A stretch of DNA of 64,000 nucleotides from Auanema rhodensis (lineage: Eukaryota > Animalia > Nematoda), in the NCBI GenBank assembly GCA_964057225.1, contig OZ059899.1, positions 18,538,001 through 18,602,000 on the forward strand. The letters are read 5' to 3'. The stretch's first letter is position 1; the number at the start of each line of letters is the position of its first letter. The notes under the pieces were generated by a model that saw only the letters and a list, made by a program, of their open reading frames with translations, ran no database searches and had not been told where the DNA came from. Of the stretch, positions 11,641 to 27,149 are shown piece by piece. Both the position numbers and the translations under genes were made by a program.

Positions 11641-14600
11641 TCTCGGTGCATTTTTAAGCTAGCGCAAATCTGATAACACAGATCGACGCAGCTTAAAAAT
11701 CCGCATCGAATGCACTATACAAAATTGAGAAACGCTTAATACAAAAATTAGTTATGATCGTTTGAAAAATGATGCATTAGTGTATGTTGAGTTTCCATGT
11801 ACACTCAACATTGCTTTCAAAAACATTTTGACAAAAATTTTTCCGAAAAATTTCAAAATAATTTCCCAAAAAGTAAATGTTTTTAGATTCCTTTTTTCAA
11901 GGCAAAGACGATGGACAATGTTATTCAACGAAAAAATTAATTCTGCAGGGTGAAAATCGAGGATATAAGTGTGAACTTATATCAGTTGATATCTCGGTGC
12001 ATTTTTAAGGTAGCGCAAATCTGATAACACAGATCGACGCAGCTTAAAAATCCGCATCGAATGCACTATATTACATTGAAAAACGCTTAATACAAAAATT
12101 AGTTATGATCGTTTGAAAAAAGATGCATTAGTGTATGTTGAGTTTCCATGTACACTCAACATTGCTTTCAAAAACATTTTGACAAAAATTTTTCCGAAAA
12201 ATTTCAAAATAATTTCCCAAAAAGTAGATGTTTTCAGATTCCTTTTTTCAAGGCAAAGACGATGGACAAAGTTATTCAACGAAAAAATTAATTCTGCAGG
12301 GTGAAAATCGAGGATATAAGTGTGAACTTATATCAGTTGATATCTCGGTGCATTTTTAAGCTAGCGCAAATCTGATAACACAGATCGACGCAGCTTAAAA
12401 ATCCGCATCGAATGCACTATACTACATTGAAAAACGCTTAATACAAAAATTAGTTATGATCGTTTGAAAAAAGATGCATTAGTGTATGTTGAGTTTCCAT
12501 GTATACTCAACATTGCTTCCAAAAACATTTTGACAAAAATTTTTCCGAAAAATTTCGAAACAATTTCGCAAAAAGTAGATGTTTTTAGATTCCTTCTTTC
12601 AAGGCAAAGACGATGGACATTGTTATTCAACGAAAAAATTAATTCTGCAGGGTGAAAATCGAGGATATAAGTGTGAACTTATATCAGTTGATATCTCGGT
12701 GCATTTTTAAGCTAGCGCAAATCTGATAACACAGATCGACGCAGCTTAAAAATCCGCATCGAATGCACTATACAACATTGAGAAACGCTTAATACAAAAA
12801 TTAGTTAAGATCGTTTGAAAAAAGATGCATTAGTGTATGTTGAGTTTCCATGTACACTCAACATTGCTTCCAAAAACATTTTGACAAAAATTTTTCCAAA
12901 AAATTTCAAAATAATTTCGCAAAAAGTAAATGTTTTTAGATTCCGTTTTTCAAGGCAAAGACGATACACAATGTTATTCAACAAAAAAATTAATTCTGCA
13001 GAATGAAAATCGAGGATATAAGTGTGAACTTATATCAGTTGATATCTCGGTGCATTTTTAAGCTAGCGCAAATCTGATAACACAGATCGACGCAGCTTAA
13101 AAATCCGCATCGAATGCACTATACTACATTGAAAAACGCTTAATACAAAAATTAGTTATGATCGTTTGAAAAATGATGCATTAGTGTATGTTGAGTTTCC
13201 ATGTACACTCAACATTGCTTCCAAAAACATTTTGACAAAAATTTTTCCGAAAAATTTCAAAATAATTTCGCAAAAAGTAGATGTTTTTAGATTTCTTTTT
13301 TCAAGGCAAAGACGATGGACAATGTTATTCAACGAAAAAATTAATTCTCCAGGGTGAAAATCGAGGATATAAGTGTGAACTTATATCAGTTGATATCTCG
13401 GTGCATTTTTAAGCTAGCGCAAATCTGATAACACAGATCGACGCAGCTTAAAAATCCGCATCGAATGCACTATACAACATTGAGAAACGCTTAATACAAA
13501 AATTAGTTATGATCGTTTGAAAAAAGATGCATTAGTGTATGTTGAGTTTCCATGTACACTCAACATTGCTTTCAAAAACATTTTGACAAAAAGTTTTCCG
13601 AAAAATTTCGAAACAATTTCGCAAAAAGTAGATGTTTTTAGATTCCTTTTTTCAAGGCAAAGACGATGGACATTGTTATTCAACGAAAAAATTAATTCTG
13701 CAGGGTGAAAATGGAGGATATAAGTGTGAACTTATATCAGTTGATATCTCGGTGCATTTTTAAGGTAGCGCAAATCTGATAACACAGATCGACGCAGCTT
13801 AAAAATCCGCATCGAATGCACTATACTACATTGAAAAACGCTTAATACAAAAATTAGTTATGATCGTTTGAAAAAAGATGCATTAGTGTATGTTGAGTTT
13901 CCATGTATACTCAACATTGCTTCCAAAAACATTTTGACAAAAATTTTTCCGAAAAATTTCGAAACAATTTCGCAAAAAGTAGATGTTTTTAGATTCCTTT
14001 TTTCAAGGCAAAGACGATGGACATTGTTATTCAACGAAAAAATTAATTCTGCAGGGTGAAAATCGAGGATATAAGTGTGAACTTATATCAGTTGATATCT
14101 CGGTGCATTTTTAAGGTAGCGCAAATCTGATAACACAGATCGACGCAGCTTAAAAATCCGCATCGAATGCACTATACAACATTGAGAAACGCTTAATACA
14201 AAAATTAGTTATGATCGTTTGAAAAAAGATGCATTAGTGTATGTTGAGTTTCCATGTACACTCAACATTGCTTTCAAAAACATTTTGATAAAAATTTTTC
14301 CGAAAAATTTCAAAATAATTTCCCAAAAAGTAGATGTTTTTAGATTCCTTTTTTCAAGGCAAAGACGATGGACAAAGTTATTCAACGAAAAAATTAATTC
14401 TGCAGGGTGAAAATCGAGGATATAAGTGTGAACTTATATCAGTTGATATCTCGGTGCATTTTTAAGCTAGCGCAAATCTGATAACACAGATCGACGCAGC
14501 TTAAAAATCCGCATCGAATGCACTATACTACATTGAAAAACGCTTAATACAAAAATTAGTTATGATCGTTTGAAAAAAGATGCATTAGTGTATGTTGAGT

Positions 14601-17600
14601 TTCCATGTATACTCAACATTGCTTCCAAAAACATTTTGACAAAAATTTTTCCGAAAAATTTCAAAATAATTTCGCAAAAAATAGATGTTTTTAGATTTCT
14701 TTTTTCAAGGCAAAGACGATGGACAATGTTATTCAACGAAAAAATTAATTCTCCAGGGTGAAAATCGAGGATATAAGTGTGAACTTATATCAGTTGATCT
14801 CTCGGTGCATTTTTAAGCTAGCGCAAATCTGATAACACAGATCGACGCAGCTTAAAAATCCGCATCGAATGCACTATACAACATTGAGAAACGCTTAATA
14901 CAAAAATTAGTTATGATCGTTTGAAAAATGATGCATTAGTGTATGTTGAGTTTCCATGTACACTCAACATTGCTTTCAAAAACATTTTGACAAAAATTTT
15001 TCCGAAAAATTTCAAAATAATTTTCCAAAAAGTAAATGTTTTTAGATTCCTTTTTTCAAGGCAAAGACGATGGACAAAGTCATTCAACGAAAAAATTAAT
15101 TCTGCAGGGTGAAAATCGAGGATATAAGTGTGAACTTATATCAGTTGATATCTCGGTGCATTTTTAAGCTAGCGCAAATCTGATAACACAGATCGACGCA
15201 GCTTAAAAATCCGCATCGAATGCACTATACTACATTGAAAAACGCTTAATACAAAAATTAGTTATGATCGTTTGAAAAAAGATGCATTAGTGTATGTTGA
15301 GTTTCCATGTATACTCAACATTGCTTCCAAAAACATTTTGACAAAAATTTTTCCGAAAAATTTCAAAATAATTTCGCAAAAAGTAGATGTTTTTAGATTT
15401 CTTTTTTCAAGGCAAAGACGATGGACAATGTTATTCAACGAAAAAATTAATTCTCCAGGGTGAAAATCGAGGATATAAGTGTGAACTTATATCAGTTGAT
15501 ATCTCGGTGCATTTTTAAGCTAGCGCAAATCTGATAACACAGATCGACGCAGCTTAAAAATCCGCATCGAATGCACTATACAAAATTGAGAAACGCTTAA
15601 TACAAAAATTAGTTATGATCGTTTGAAAAATGATGCATTAGTGTATGTTGAGTTTCCATGTACACTCAACATTGCTTTCAAAAACATTTTGACAAAAATT
15701 TTTCCGAAAAATTTCAAAATAATTTCCCAAAAAGTAAATGTTTTTAGATTCCTTTTTTCAAGGCAAAGACGATGGACAATGTTATTCAACGAAAAAATTA
15801 ATTCTGCAGGGTGAAAATCGAGGATATAAGTGTGAACTTATATCAGTTGATATCTCGGTGCATTTTTAAGGTAGCGCAAATCTGATAACACAGATCGACG
15901 CAGCTTAAAAATCCGCATCGAATGCACTATATTACATTGAAAAACGCTTAATACAAAAATTAGTTATGATCGTTTGAAAAAAGATGCATTAGTGTATGTT
16001 GAGTTTCCATGTACACTCAACATTGCTTTCAAAAACATTTTGACAAAAATTTTTCCGAAAAATTTCAAAATAATTTCCCAAAAAGTAGATGTTTTCAGAT
16101 TCCTTTTTTCAAGGCAAAGACGATGGACAAAGTTATTCAACGAAAAAATTAATTCTGCAGGGTGAAAATCGAGGATATAAGTGTGAACTTATATCAGTTG
16201 ATATCTCGGTGCATTTTTAAGCTAGCGCAAATCTGATAACACAGATCGACGCAGCTTAAAAATCCGCATCGAATGCACTATACTACATTGAAAAACGCTT
16301 AATACAAAAATTAGTTATGATCGTTTGAAAAAAGATGCATTAGTGTATGTTGAGTTTCCATGTATACTCAACATTGCTTCCAAAAACATTTTGACAAAAA
16401 TTTTTCCGAAAAATTTCGAAACAATTTCGCAAAAAGTAGATGTTTTTAGATTCCTTCTTTCAAGGCAAAGACGATGGACATTGTTATTCAACGAAAAAAT
16501 TAATTCTGCAGGGTGAAAATCGAGGATATAAGTGTGAACTTATATCAGTTGATATCTCGGTGCATTTTTAAGCTAGCGCAAATCTGATAACACAGATCGA
16601 CGCAGCTTAAAAATCCGCATCGAATGCACTATACAACATTGAGAAACGCTTAATACAAAAATTAGTTAAGATCGTTTGAAAAAAGATGCATTAGTGTATG
16701 TTGAGTTTCCATGTACACTCAACATTGCTTCCAAAAACATTTTGACAAAAATTTTTCCAAAAAATTTCAAAATAATTTCGCAAAAAGTAAATGTTTTTAG
16801 ATTCCGTTTTTCAAGGCAAAGACGATACACAATGTTATTCAACAAAAAAATTAATTCTGCAGAATGAAAATCGAGGATATAAGTGTGAACTTATATCAGT
16901 TGATATCTCGGTGCATTTTTAAGCTAGCGCAAATCTGATAACACAGATCGACGCAGCTTAAAAATCCGCATCGAATGCACTATACTACATTGAAAAACGC
17001 TTAATACAAAAATTAGTTATGATCGTTTGAAAAATGATGCATTAGTGTATGTTGAGTTTCCATGTACACTCAACATTGCTTCCAAAAACATTTTGACAAA
17101 AATTTTTCCGAAAAATTTCAAAATAATTTCGCAAAAAGTAGATGTTTTTAGATTTCTTTTTTCAAGGCAAAGACGATGGACAATGTTATTCAACGAAAAA
17201 ATTAATTCTCCAGGGTGAAAATCGAGGATATAAGTGTGAACTTATATCAGTTGATATCTCGGTGCATTTTTAAGCTAGCGCAAATCTGATAACACAGATC
17301 GACGCAGCTTAAAAATCCGCATCGAATGCACTATACAACATTGAGAAACGCTTAATACAAAAATTAGTTATGATCGTTTGAAAAAAGATGCATTAGTGTA
17401 TGTTGAGTTTCCATGTACACTCAACATTGCTTTCAAAAACATTTTGACAAAAATTTTTCCGAAAAATTTCGAAACAATTTCGCAAAAAGTAGATGTTTTT
17501 AGATTCCTTTTTTCAAGGCAAAGACGATGGACATTGTTATTCAACGAAAAAATTAATTCTGCAGGGTGAAAATGGAGGATATAAGTGTGAACTTATATCA

Positions 17601-19359
17601 GTTGATATCTCGGTGCATTTTTAAGGTAGCGCAAATCTGATAACACAGATCGACGCAGCTTAAAAATCCGCATCGAATGCACTATACTACATTGAAAAAC
17701 GCTTAATACAAAAATTAGTTATGATCGTTTGAAAAAAGATGCATTAGTGTATGTTGAGTTTCCATGTATACTCAACATTGCTTCCAAAAACATTTTGACA
17801 AAAATTTTTCCGAAAAATTTCGAAACAATTTCGCAAAAAGTAGATGTTTTTAGATTCCTTTTTTCAAGGCAAAGACGATGGACATTGTTATTCAACGAAA
17901 AAATTAATTCTGCAGGGTGAAAATCGAGGATATAAGTGTGAACTTATATCAGTTGATATCTCGGTGCATTTTTAAGGTAGCGCAAATCTGATAACACAGA
18001 TCGACGCAGCTTAAAAATCCGCATCGAATGCACTATACAACATTGAGAAACGCTTAATACAAAAATTAGTTATGATCGTTTGAAAAAAGATGCATTAGTG
18101 TATGTTGAGTTTCCATGTACACTCAACATTGCTTTCAAAAACATTTTGATAAAAATTTTTCCGAAAAATTTCAAAATAATTTCCCAAAAAGTAGATGTTT
18201 TTAGATTCCTTTTTTCAAGGCAAAGACGATGGACAAAGTTATTCAACGAAAAAATTAATTCTGCAGGGTGAAAATCGAGGATATAAGTGTGAACTTATAT
18301 CAGTTGATATCTCGGTGCATTTTTAAGCTAGCGCAAATCTGATAACACAGATCGACGCAGCTTAAAAATCCGCATCGAATGCACTATACTACATTGAAAA
18401 ACGCTTAATACAAAAATTAGTTATGATCGTTTGAAAAAAGATGCATTAGTGTATGTTGAGTTTCCATGTATACTCAACATTGCTTCCAAAAACATTTTGA
18501 CAAAAATTTTTCCGAAAAATTTCAAAATAATTTCGCAAAAAATAGATGTTTTTAGATTTCTTTTTTCAAGGCAAAGACGATGGACAATGTTATTCAACGA
18601 AAAAATTAATTCTCCAGGGTGAAAATCGAGGATATAAGTGTGAACTTATATCAGTTGATCTCTCGGTGCATTTTTAAGCTAGCGCAAATCTGATAACACA
18701 GATCGACGCAGCTTAAAAATCCGCATCGAATGCACTATACAACATTGAGAAACGCTTAATACAAAAATTAGTTATGATCGTTTGAAAAATGATGCATTAG
18801 TGTATGTTGAGTTTCCATGTACACTCAACATTGCTTTCAAAAACATTTTGACAAAAATTTTTCCGAAAAATTTCAAAATAATTTTCCAAAAAGTAAATGT
18901 TTTTAGATTCCTTTTTTCAAGGCAAAGACGATGGACAAAGTCATTCAACGAAAAAATTAATTCTGCAGGGTGAAAATCGAGGATATAAGTGTGAACTTAT
19001 ATCAGTTGATATCTCGGTGCATTTTTAAGCTAGCGCAAATCTGATAACACAGATCGACGCAGCTTAAAAATCCGCATCGAATGCACTATACTACATTGAA
19101 AAACGCTTAATACAAAAATTAGTTATGATCGTTTGAAAAAAGATGCATTAGTGTATGTTGAGTTTCCATGTATACTCAACATTGCTTCCAAAAACATTTT
19201 GACAAAAATTTTTCCGAAAAATTTCAAAATAATTTCGCAAAAAGTAGATGTTTTTAGATTTCTTTTTTCAAGGCAAAGACGATGGACAATGTTATTCAAC
19301 GAAAAAATTAATTCTCCAGGGTGAAAATCGAGGATATAAGTGTGAACTTATATCAGTTG
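11507..19359. repeat. 11-mer higher-order repeat (3861 bp), 2 copies
   Basis: Private variants are paired 3861 bp apart: TTTTCAGA at 12235/16096 and AATGGAGG at 13713/17574. ORF variants LLS (12464/16325), KID (14570/18431) and IFQ/KSF (14921/18782) pair the same way. Confidence 0.95.
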
Positions 19360-21238
19360 ATCTCTCGGTGCATTTTTAAGCTAGCGCAAATCTGATAACA
19401 CAGATCGACGCAGCTTAAAAATCCGCATCGAATGCACTATACTACATTGAGAAACGCTTAATACAAAAATTAGTTATGATCGTTTGAAAAATGATGCATT
19501 AGTGTATGTTGAGTTTCCATGTACACTCAACATTGCTTCCAAAAACATTTTGACAAAAATTTTTTCGAAAAATTTCAGAATATTTTAGCAAAAAATAGTT
19601 GTTTTTAGATTCCTTTTCTCAAGGCAAAGACGATGGACAATGTTATTCAACGAAAAAATTAATTCTGCAGGGTGAAAATCGAGGATATAAGTGTGAACTT
19701 ATATCAGTTGATATCTCGGTGCATTTTTAAGCTAGCGCAAATCTGATAACACAGATCGACGCAGCTTAAAAATCCGCATCGAATGCACTATACTACATTG
19801 AAAAACGCTTAATACAAAAATTAGTTATGATCGTTTGAAAAAAGATGCATTAGTGTATGTTGAGTTTCCATGTATACTCAACATTGCTTCCAAAAACATT
19901 TTGACAAAAATTTTTCCGAAAAATTTCAAAATAATTTCGCAAAAAGTAGATGTTTTTAGATTCCTTTTTTCAAGGCAAAGACGATGGACAATGTTATTCA
20001 ACGAAAAAATTAATTCTCCAGGGTGAAAATCGAGGATATAAGTGTGAACTTATATCAGTTGATATCTCGGTGCATTTTCAAGCTAGCGCAAATCTGATAA
20101 CACAGATCGACGCAGCTTAAAAATCCGCATCGAATGCACTATACTACATTGAAAAACGCTTAATACAAAAATTAGTTATGATCGTTTGAAAAAAGATGCA
20201 TTAGTGTATGTTGAGTTTCCATGTATACTCAACATTGCTTCCAAAAACATTTTGACAAAAATTTTTCCGAAAAATTTCAAAATAATTTCGCAAAAAGTAG
20301 ATGTTTTTAGATTCCTTTTTTCAAGGCAAAGACGATGGACAATGTTATTCAACGAAAAAATTAATTCTCCAGGGTGAAAATCGAGGATATAAGTGTGAAC
20401 TTATATCAGTTGATATCTCGGTGCATTTTTAAGCTAGCGCAAATCTGATAACACAGATCGACGCAGCTTAAAAATCCGCATCGAATGCACTATACTACAT
20501 TGAGAAACGCTTAATACAAAAATTAGTTATGATCGTTTGAAAAATGATGCATTAGTGTATGTTGAGTTTCCATGTACACTCAACATTGCTTCCAAAAACA
20601 TTTTGACAAAAATTTTTTCGAAAAATTTCAGAATATTTTAGCAAAAAATAGTTGTTTTTAGATTCCTTTTCTCAAGGCAAAGACGATGGACAATGTTATT
20701 CAACGAAAAAATTAATTCTGCAGGGTGAAAATCGAGGATATAAGTGTAAACTTATATCAGTTGATATCTCGGTGCATTTTTAAGCTAGCGCAAATCTGAT
20801 AACACAGATCGACGCAGCTTAAAAATCCGCATCGAATGCACTATACAACATTGAGAAACGCTTAATACAAAAATTAGTTATGATCGTTTGAAAAATGATG
20901 CATTAGTGTATGTTGAGTTTCCATGTACACTCAACATTGCTTCCAAAAACATTTTGACAAAAATTTTTCCGAAAAATTTCAAAATAATTTCGCAAAAAGT
21001 AGATGTTTTTAGATTCCTTTTTTCAAGGCAAAGACGATGGACATTGTTATTCAACGAAAAAATTAATTCTGCAGGGTGAAAATCGAGGATATAAGTGTGA
21101 ACTTATATCAGTTGATATCTCGGTGCATTTTTAAGCTAGCGCAAATCTGATAAAACAGATCGACGCAGCTTAAAAATCCGCATCGAATGCACTATACAAC
21201 ATTGAGAAACGCTTAATACAAAAATTAGTTATGATCGT

Positions 21239-22644
21239 TTGAAAAAAGATGCATTAGTGTATGTTGAGTTTCCATGTATACTCAACATTGCTTCCAAAAA
21301 CATTTTGACAAAAATTTTTCCGAAAAATTTCAAAATAATTTCGCAAAAAGTAGATGTTTTTAGATTCCTTTTTTTCAAGGCAAAGACGATGGACAAAGTT
21401 ATTCAACGAAAAAATTAATTCTGCAGGGTGAAAATCGAGGATATAAGTGTGAACTTATATCAGTTGATATCTCGGTGCATTTTTAAGCTAGCGCAAATCT
21501 GATAAAACAGATCGACGCAGCTTAAAAATCCGCATCGAATGCACTATACAACATTGAGAAACGCTTAATACAAAAATTAGTTATGATCGTTTGAAAAATG
21601 ATGCATTAGTGTATGTTGAGTTTCCATGTACACTCAACATTGCTTCCAAAAACATTTTGACAAAAATTTTTTCGAAAAATTTCAGAATATTTTAGCAAAA
21701 AATAGTTGTTTTTAAATTCCTTTTCTCAAGGCAAAGACGATGGACAATGTTATTCAACGAAAAAATTAATTCTGCAGGGTGAAAATCGAGGATATAAGTG
21801 TAAACTTATATCAGTTGATATCTCGGTGCATTTTTAAGCTAGCGCAAATCTGATAAAACAGATCGACGCAGCTTAAAAATCCGCATCGAATGCACTATAC
21901 AACATTGAGAAACGCTTAATACAAAAATTAGTTATGATCGTTTGAAAAAAGATGCATTAGTGTATGTTGAGTTTCCATGTATACTCAACATTGCTTCCAA
22001 AAACATTTTGACAAAAATTTTTCCGAAAAATTTCAAAATAATTTCGCAAAAAGTAGATGTTTTTAGATTCCTTTTTTTCAAGGCAAAGACGATGGACAAA
22101 GTTATTCAACGAAAAAATTAATTCTGCAGGGTGAAAATCGAGGATATAAGTGTGAACTTATATCAGTTGATATCTCGGTGCATTTTTAAGCTAGCGCAAA
22201 TCTGATAAAACAGATCGACGCAGCTTAAAAATCCGCATCGAATGCACTATACAACATTGAGAAACGCTTAATACAAAAATTAGTTATGATCGTTTGAAAA
22301 ATGATGCATTAGTGTATGTTGAGTTTCCATGTACACTCAACATTGCTTCCAAAAACATTTTGACAAAAATTTTTTCGAAAAATTTCAGAATATTTTAGCA
22401 AAAAATAGTTGTTTTTAGATTCCTTTTCTCAAGGCAAAGACGATGGACAATGTTATTCAACGAAAAAATTAATTCTGCAGGGTGAAAATCGAGGATATAA
22501 GTGTAAACTTATATCAGTTGATATCTCGGTGCATTTTTAAGCTAGCGCAAATCTGATAAAACAGATCGACGCAGCTTAAAAATCCGCATCGAATGCACTA
22601 TACTACATTGAAAAACGCTTAATACAAAAATTAGTTATGATCGT
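21239..22644. repeat. Dimer duplication (703 bp): a 352-bp +T monomer followed by a divergent S-type monomer, twice
   Basis: Monomers 21239 and 21942 carry a T7 run. The S haplotype follows at 21591 and 22294. Confidence 0.85.
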
Positions 22645-25100
22645 TTGAAAAAAGATGCATTAGTGTATGTTGAGTTTCCATGTATACTCAACATTGCTTC
22701 CAAAAACATTTTGACAAAATTTTTCCGAAAAATTTCAAAATAATTTCGCAAAAAGTAGATGTTTTTAGATTCCTTTTTTCAAGGCAAAGACGATGGACAA
22801 TGTTATTCAACGAAAAAATTAATTCTCCAGGGTGAAAATCGAGGATATAAGTGTGAACTTATATCAGTTGATATCTCGGTGCATTTTTAAGCTAGCGCAA
22901 ATCTGATAACACAGATCGACGCAGCTTAAAAATCCGCATCGAATGCACTATACTACATTGAGAAACGCTTAATACAAAAATTAGTTATGATCGTTTGAAA
23001 AATGATGCATTAGTGTATGTTGAGTTTCCATGTACACTCAACATTGCTTCCAAAAACATTTTGACAAAAATTTTTTCGAAAAATTTCAGAATATTTTAGC
23101 AAAAAAAAGTTGTTTTTAGATTCCTTTCCTCAAGGCAAAGACGATGGACAATGTTATTCAACGAAAAAATTAATTCTGCAGGGTGAAAATCGAGGATATA
23201 AGTGTAAACTTATATCAGTTGATATCTCGGTGCATTTTTAAGCTAGCGCAAATCTGATAACACAGATCGACGCAGCTTAAAAATCCGCATCGAATGCACT
23301 ATACAACATTGAGAAACGCTTAATACAAAAATTAGTTATGATCGTTTGAAAAATGATGCATTAGTGTATGTTGAGTTTCCATGTACACTCAACATTGCTT
23401 CCAAAAACATTTTGACAAAAATTTTTCCGAAAAATTTCAAAATAATTTCGCAAAAAGTAGATGTTTTTAGATTCCTTTTTTCAAGGCAAAGACGATGGAC
23501 ATTGTTATTCAACGAAAAAATTAATTCTGCAGGGTGAAAATCGAGGATATAAGTGTAAACTTATATCAGTTGATATCTCGGTGCATTTTTAAGCTAGCGC
23601 AAATCTGATAAAACAGATCGACGCAGCTTAAAAATCCGCATCGAATGCACTATACAACATTGAGAAACGCTTAATACAAAAATTAGTTATGATCGTTTGA
23701 AAAAAGATGCATTAGTGTATGTTGAGTTTCCATGTATACTCAACATTGCTTCCAAAAACATTTTGACAAAAATTTTTCCGAAAAATTTCAAAATAATTTC
23801 GCAAAAAGTAGATGTTTTTAGATTCCTTTTTTCAAGGCAAAGACGATGGACAATGTTATTCAACGAAAAAATTAATTCTGCAGGGTGAAAATCGAGGATA
23901 TAAGTGTAAACTTATATCAGTTGATATCTCGGTGCATTTTTAAGCTAGCGCAAATCTGATAACACAGATCGACGCAGCTTAAAAATCCGCATCGAATGCA
24001 CTATACAACATTGAGAAACGCTTAATACAAAAATTAGTTATGATCGTTTGAAAAATGATGCATTAGTGTATGTTGAGTTTCCATGTACACTCAACATTGC
24101 TTCCAAAAACATTTTGACAAAAATTTTTCCGAAAAATTTCAAAATAATTTCGCAAAAAGTAGATGTTTTTAGATTCCTTTTTTCAAGGCAAAGACGATGG
24201 ACAAAGTTATTCAACGGAAAAATTAATTCTGCAGGGTGAAAATCGAGGATATAAGTGTGAACTTATATCAGTTGATATCTCGGTGCATTTTTAAGGTAGC
24301 GCAAATCTGATAACACAGATCGACGCAGCTTAAAAATCCGCATCGAATGCACTATACTACATTGAAAAACGCTTAATACAAAAATTAGTTATGATCGTTT
24401 GAAAAAAGATGCATTAGTGTATGTTGAGTTTCCATGTATACTCAACATTGCTTCCAAAAACATTTTGACAAAAATTTTTCCGAAAAATTTCAAAATAATT
24501 TCGCAAAAAGTAGATGTTTTTAGATTCCTTTTTTCAAGGCAAAGACGATGGACAATGTTATTCAACGAAAAAATTAATTCTCCAGGGTGAAAATCGAGGA
24601 TATAAGTGTGAACTTATATCAGTTGATATCTCGGTGCATTTTTAAGCTAGCGCAAATCTGATAACACAGATCGACGCAGCTTAAAAATCCGCATCGAATG
24701 CACTATACAACATTGAGAAACGCTTAATACAAAAATTAGTTATGATCGTTTGAAAAATGATGCATTAGTGTATGTTGAGTTTCCATGTACACTCAACATT
24801 GCTTTCAAAAACATTTTGACAAAAATTTTTCCGAAAAATTTCAAAATAATTTCCCAAAAAGTAAATGTTTTTAGATTCCTTTTTTCAAGGCAAAGACGAT
24901 GGACAAAGTTATTCAACGAAAAAATTAATTCTGCAGGGTGAAAATCGAGGATATAAGTGTGAACTTATATCAGTTGATATCTCGGTGCATTTTTAAGCTA
25001 GCGCAAATCTGATAACACAGATCGACGCAGCTTAAAAATCCGCATCGAATGCACTATACTACATTGAGAAACGCTCAATACAAAAATTAGTTATGATCGT

Positions 25101-25394
25101 TTGAAAAATGATGCATTAGTGTATGTTGAGTTTCCATGTACACTCAACGTTGCTTCCAAAAACATTTTGACAAAAATTTTTTCGAAAAATTTCAGAATAT
25201 TTTAGCAAAAAATAGTTGTTTTTAGATTCCTTTTCTCAAGGCAAAGACGATGGACAATGTTATTCAACGAAAAAATTAATTCTGCAGGGTGAAAATCGAG
25301 GATATAAGTGTAAACTTATATCAGTTGATATCTCGGTGCATTTTTAAGCTAGCGCAAATCTTAAACGCTTAATACAAAAATTAGTTATGATCGT
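25101..25394. repeat. Truncated monomer (294 bp; junction AAATCTTAAACGC at about 25361)
   Basis: 24750 to 25395 is 645 bp = 351+294. Confidence 0.95.
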
Positions 25395-27149
25395 TTGAAA
25401 AATGATGCATTAGTGTATGTTGAGTTTCCATGTACACTCAACATTGCTTCCAAAAACATTTTGACAAAAATTTTTCCGAAAAATTTCAAAATAATTTCGC
25501 AAAAAGTAGATGTTTTTAGATTCCTTTTTTCAAGGCAAAGACGATGGACATTATTATTCAACGAAAAAATTAATTCTGCAGTGTGAAAATCGAGGATATA
25601 AGTGTGAACTTATATCAGTTGATATCTCGGTGCATTTTTTAGCTAGCGCAAATCTGATAACACAGATCGACGCAGCTTAAAAATCCGCATCGAATGCACT
25701 ATACAACATTGAGAAACGCTTAATACAAAAATTAGTTATGATCGTTTGAAAAATGATGCATTAGTGTATGTTGAGTTTCCATGTACACTCAACATTGCTT
25801 TCAAAAACATTTTGACAAAAATTTTTCCGAAAAATTTCAAAATAATTTCCCAAAAAGTAGATGTTTTTAGATTCCTTTTTTCAAGGCAAAGACGATGGAC
25901 AAAGTTATTCAACGAAAAAATTAATTCTGCAGGGTGAAAATCGAGGATATAAGTGTGAACTTATATCAGTTGATATCTCGGTGCATTTTTAAGCTAGCGC
26001 AAATCTGATAACACAGATCGACGCAGCTTAAAAATCCGCATCGAATGCACTATACTACATTGAAAAACGCTTAATACAAAAATTAGTTATGATCGTTTGA
26101 AAAAAGATGCATTAGTGTATGTTGAGTTTCCATGTATACTCAACATTGCTTACAAAAACATTTTGACAAAAATTTTTCCGAAAAATTTCAAAATAATTTC
26201 GCAAAAAGGAGATGTTTTTAGATTCCTTTTCTCAAGGCAAAGACGATGGACAAAGTTATTCAACGAAAAAATTAATTCTGCAGGGTGAAAATCGAGGATA
26301 TAAGTGTGAACTTATATCAGTTGATATCTCGGTGCATTTTTAAGCTAGCGCAAATCTGATAACACAGATCGACGCAGCTTAAAAATCCGCATCGAATGCA
26401 CTATACAACATTGAGAAACGCTTAATACAAAAATTAGTTAAGATCGTTTGAAAAAAGATGCATTAGTGTATGTTGAGTTTCCATGTACACTCAACATTGC
26501 TTCCAAAAACATTTTGACAAAAATTTTTCCAAAAAATTTCAAAATAATTTCGCAAAAAGTAAATGTTTTTAGATTCCGTTTTTCAAGGCAAAGACGATAC
26601 ACAATGTTATTCAACAAAAAAATTAATTCTGCAGAATGAAAATCGAGGATATAAGTGTGAACTTATATCAGTTGATATCTCGGTGCATTTTTAAGCTAGC
26701 GCAAATCTGATAACACAGATCGACGCAGCTTAAAAATCCGCATCGAATGCACTATACTACATTGAAAAACGCTTAATACAAAAATTAGTTATGATCGTTT
26801 GAAAAAAGATGCATTAGTGTATGTTGAGTTTCCATGTATACTCAACATTGCTTCCAAAAACATTTTGACAAAAATTTTTCCGAAAAATTTCAAAATAATT
26901 TCGCAAAAAGGAGATGTTTTTAGATTCCTTTTCTCAAGGCAAAGACGATGGACAAAGTTATTCAACGAAAAAATTAATTCTGCAGGGTGAAAATCGAGGA
27001 TATAAGTGTGAACTTATATCAGTTGATATCTCGGTGCATTTTTAAGCTAGCGCAAATCTGATAACACAGATCGACGCAGCTTAAAAATCCGCATCGAATG
27101 CACTATACAACATTGAGAAACGCTTAATACAAAAATTAGTTAAGATCGT

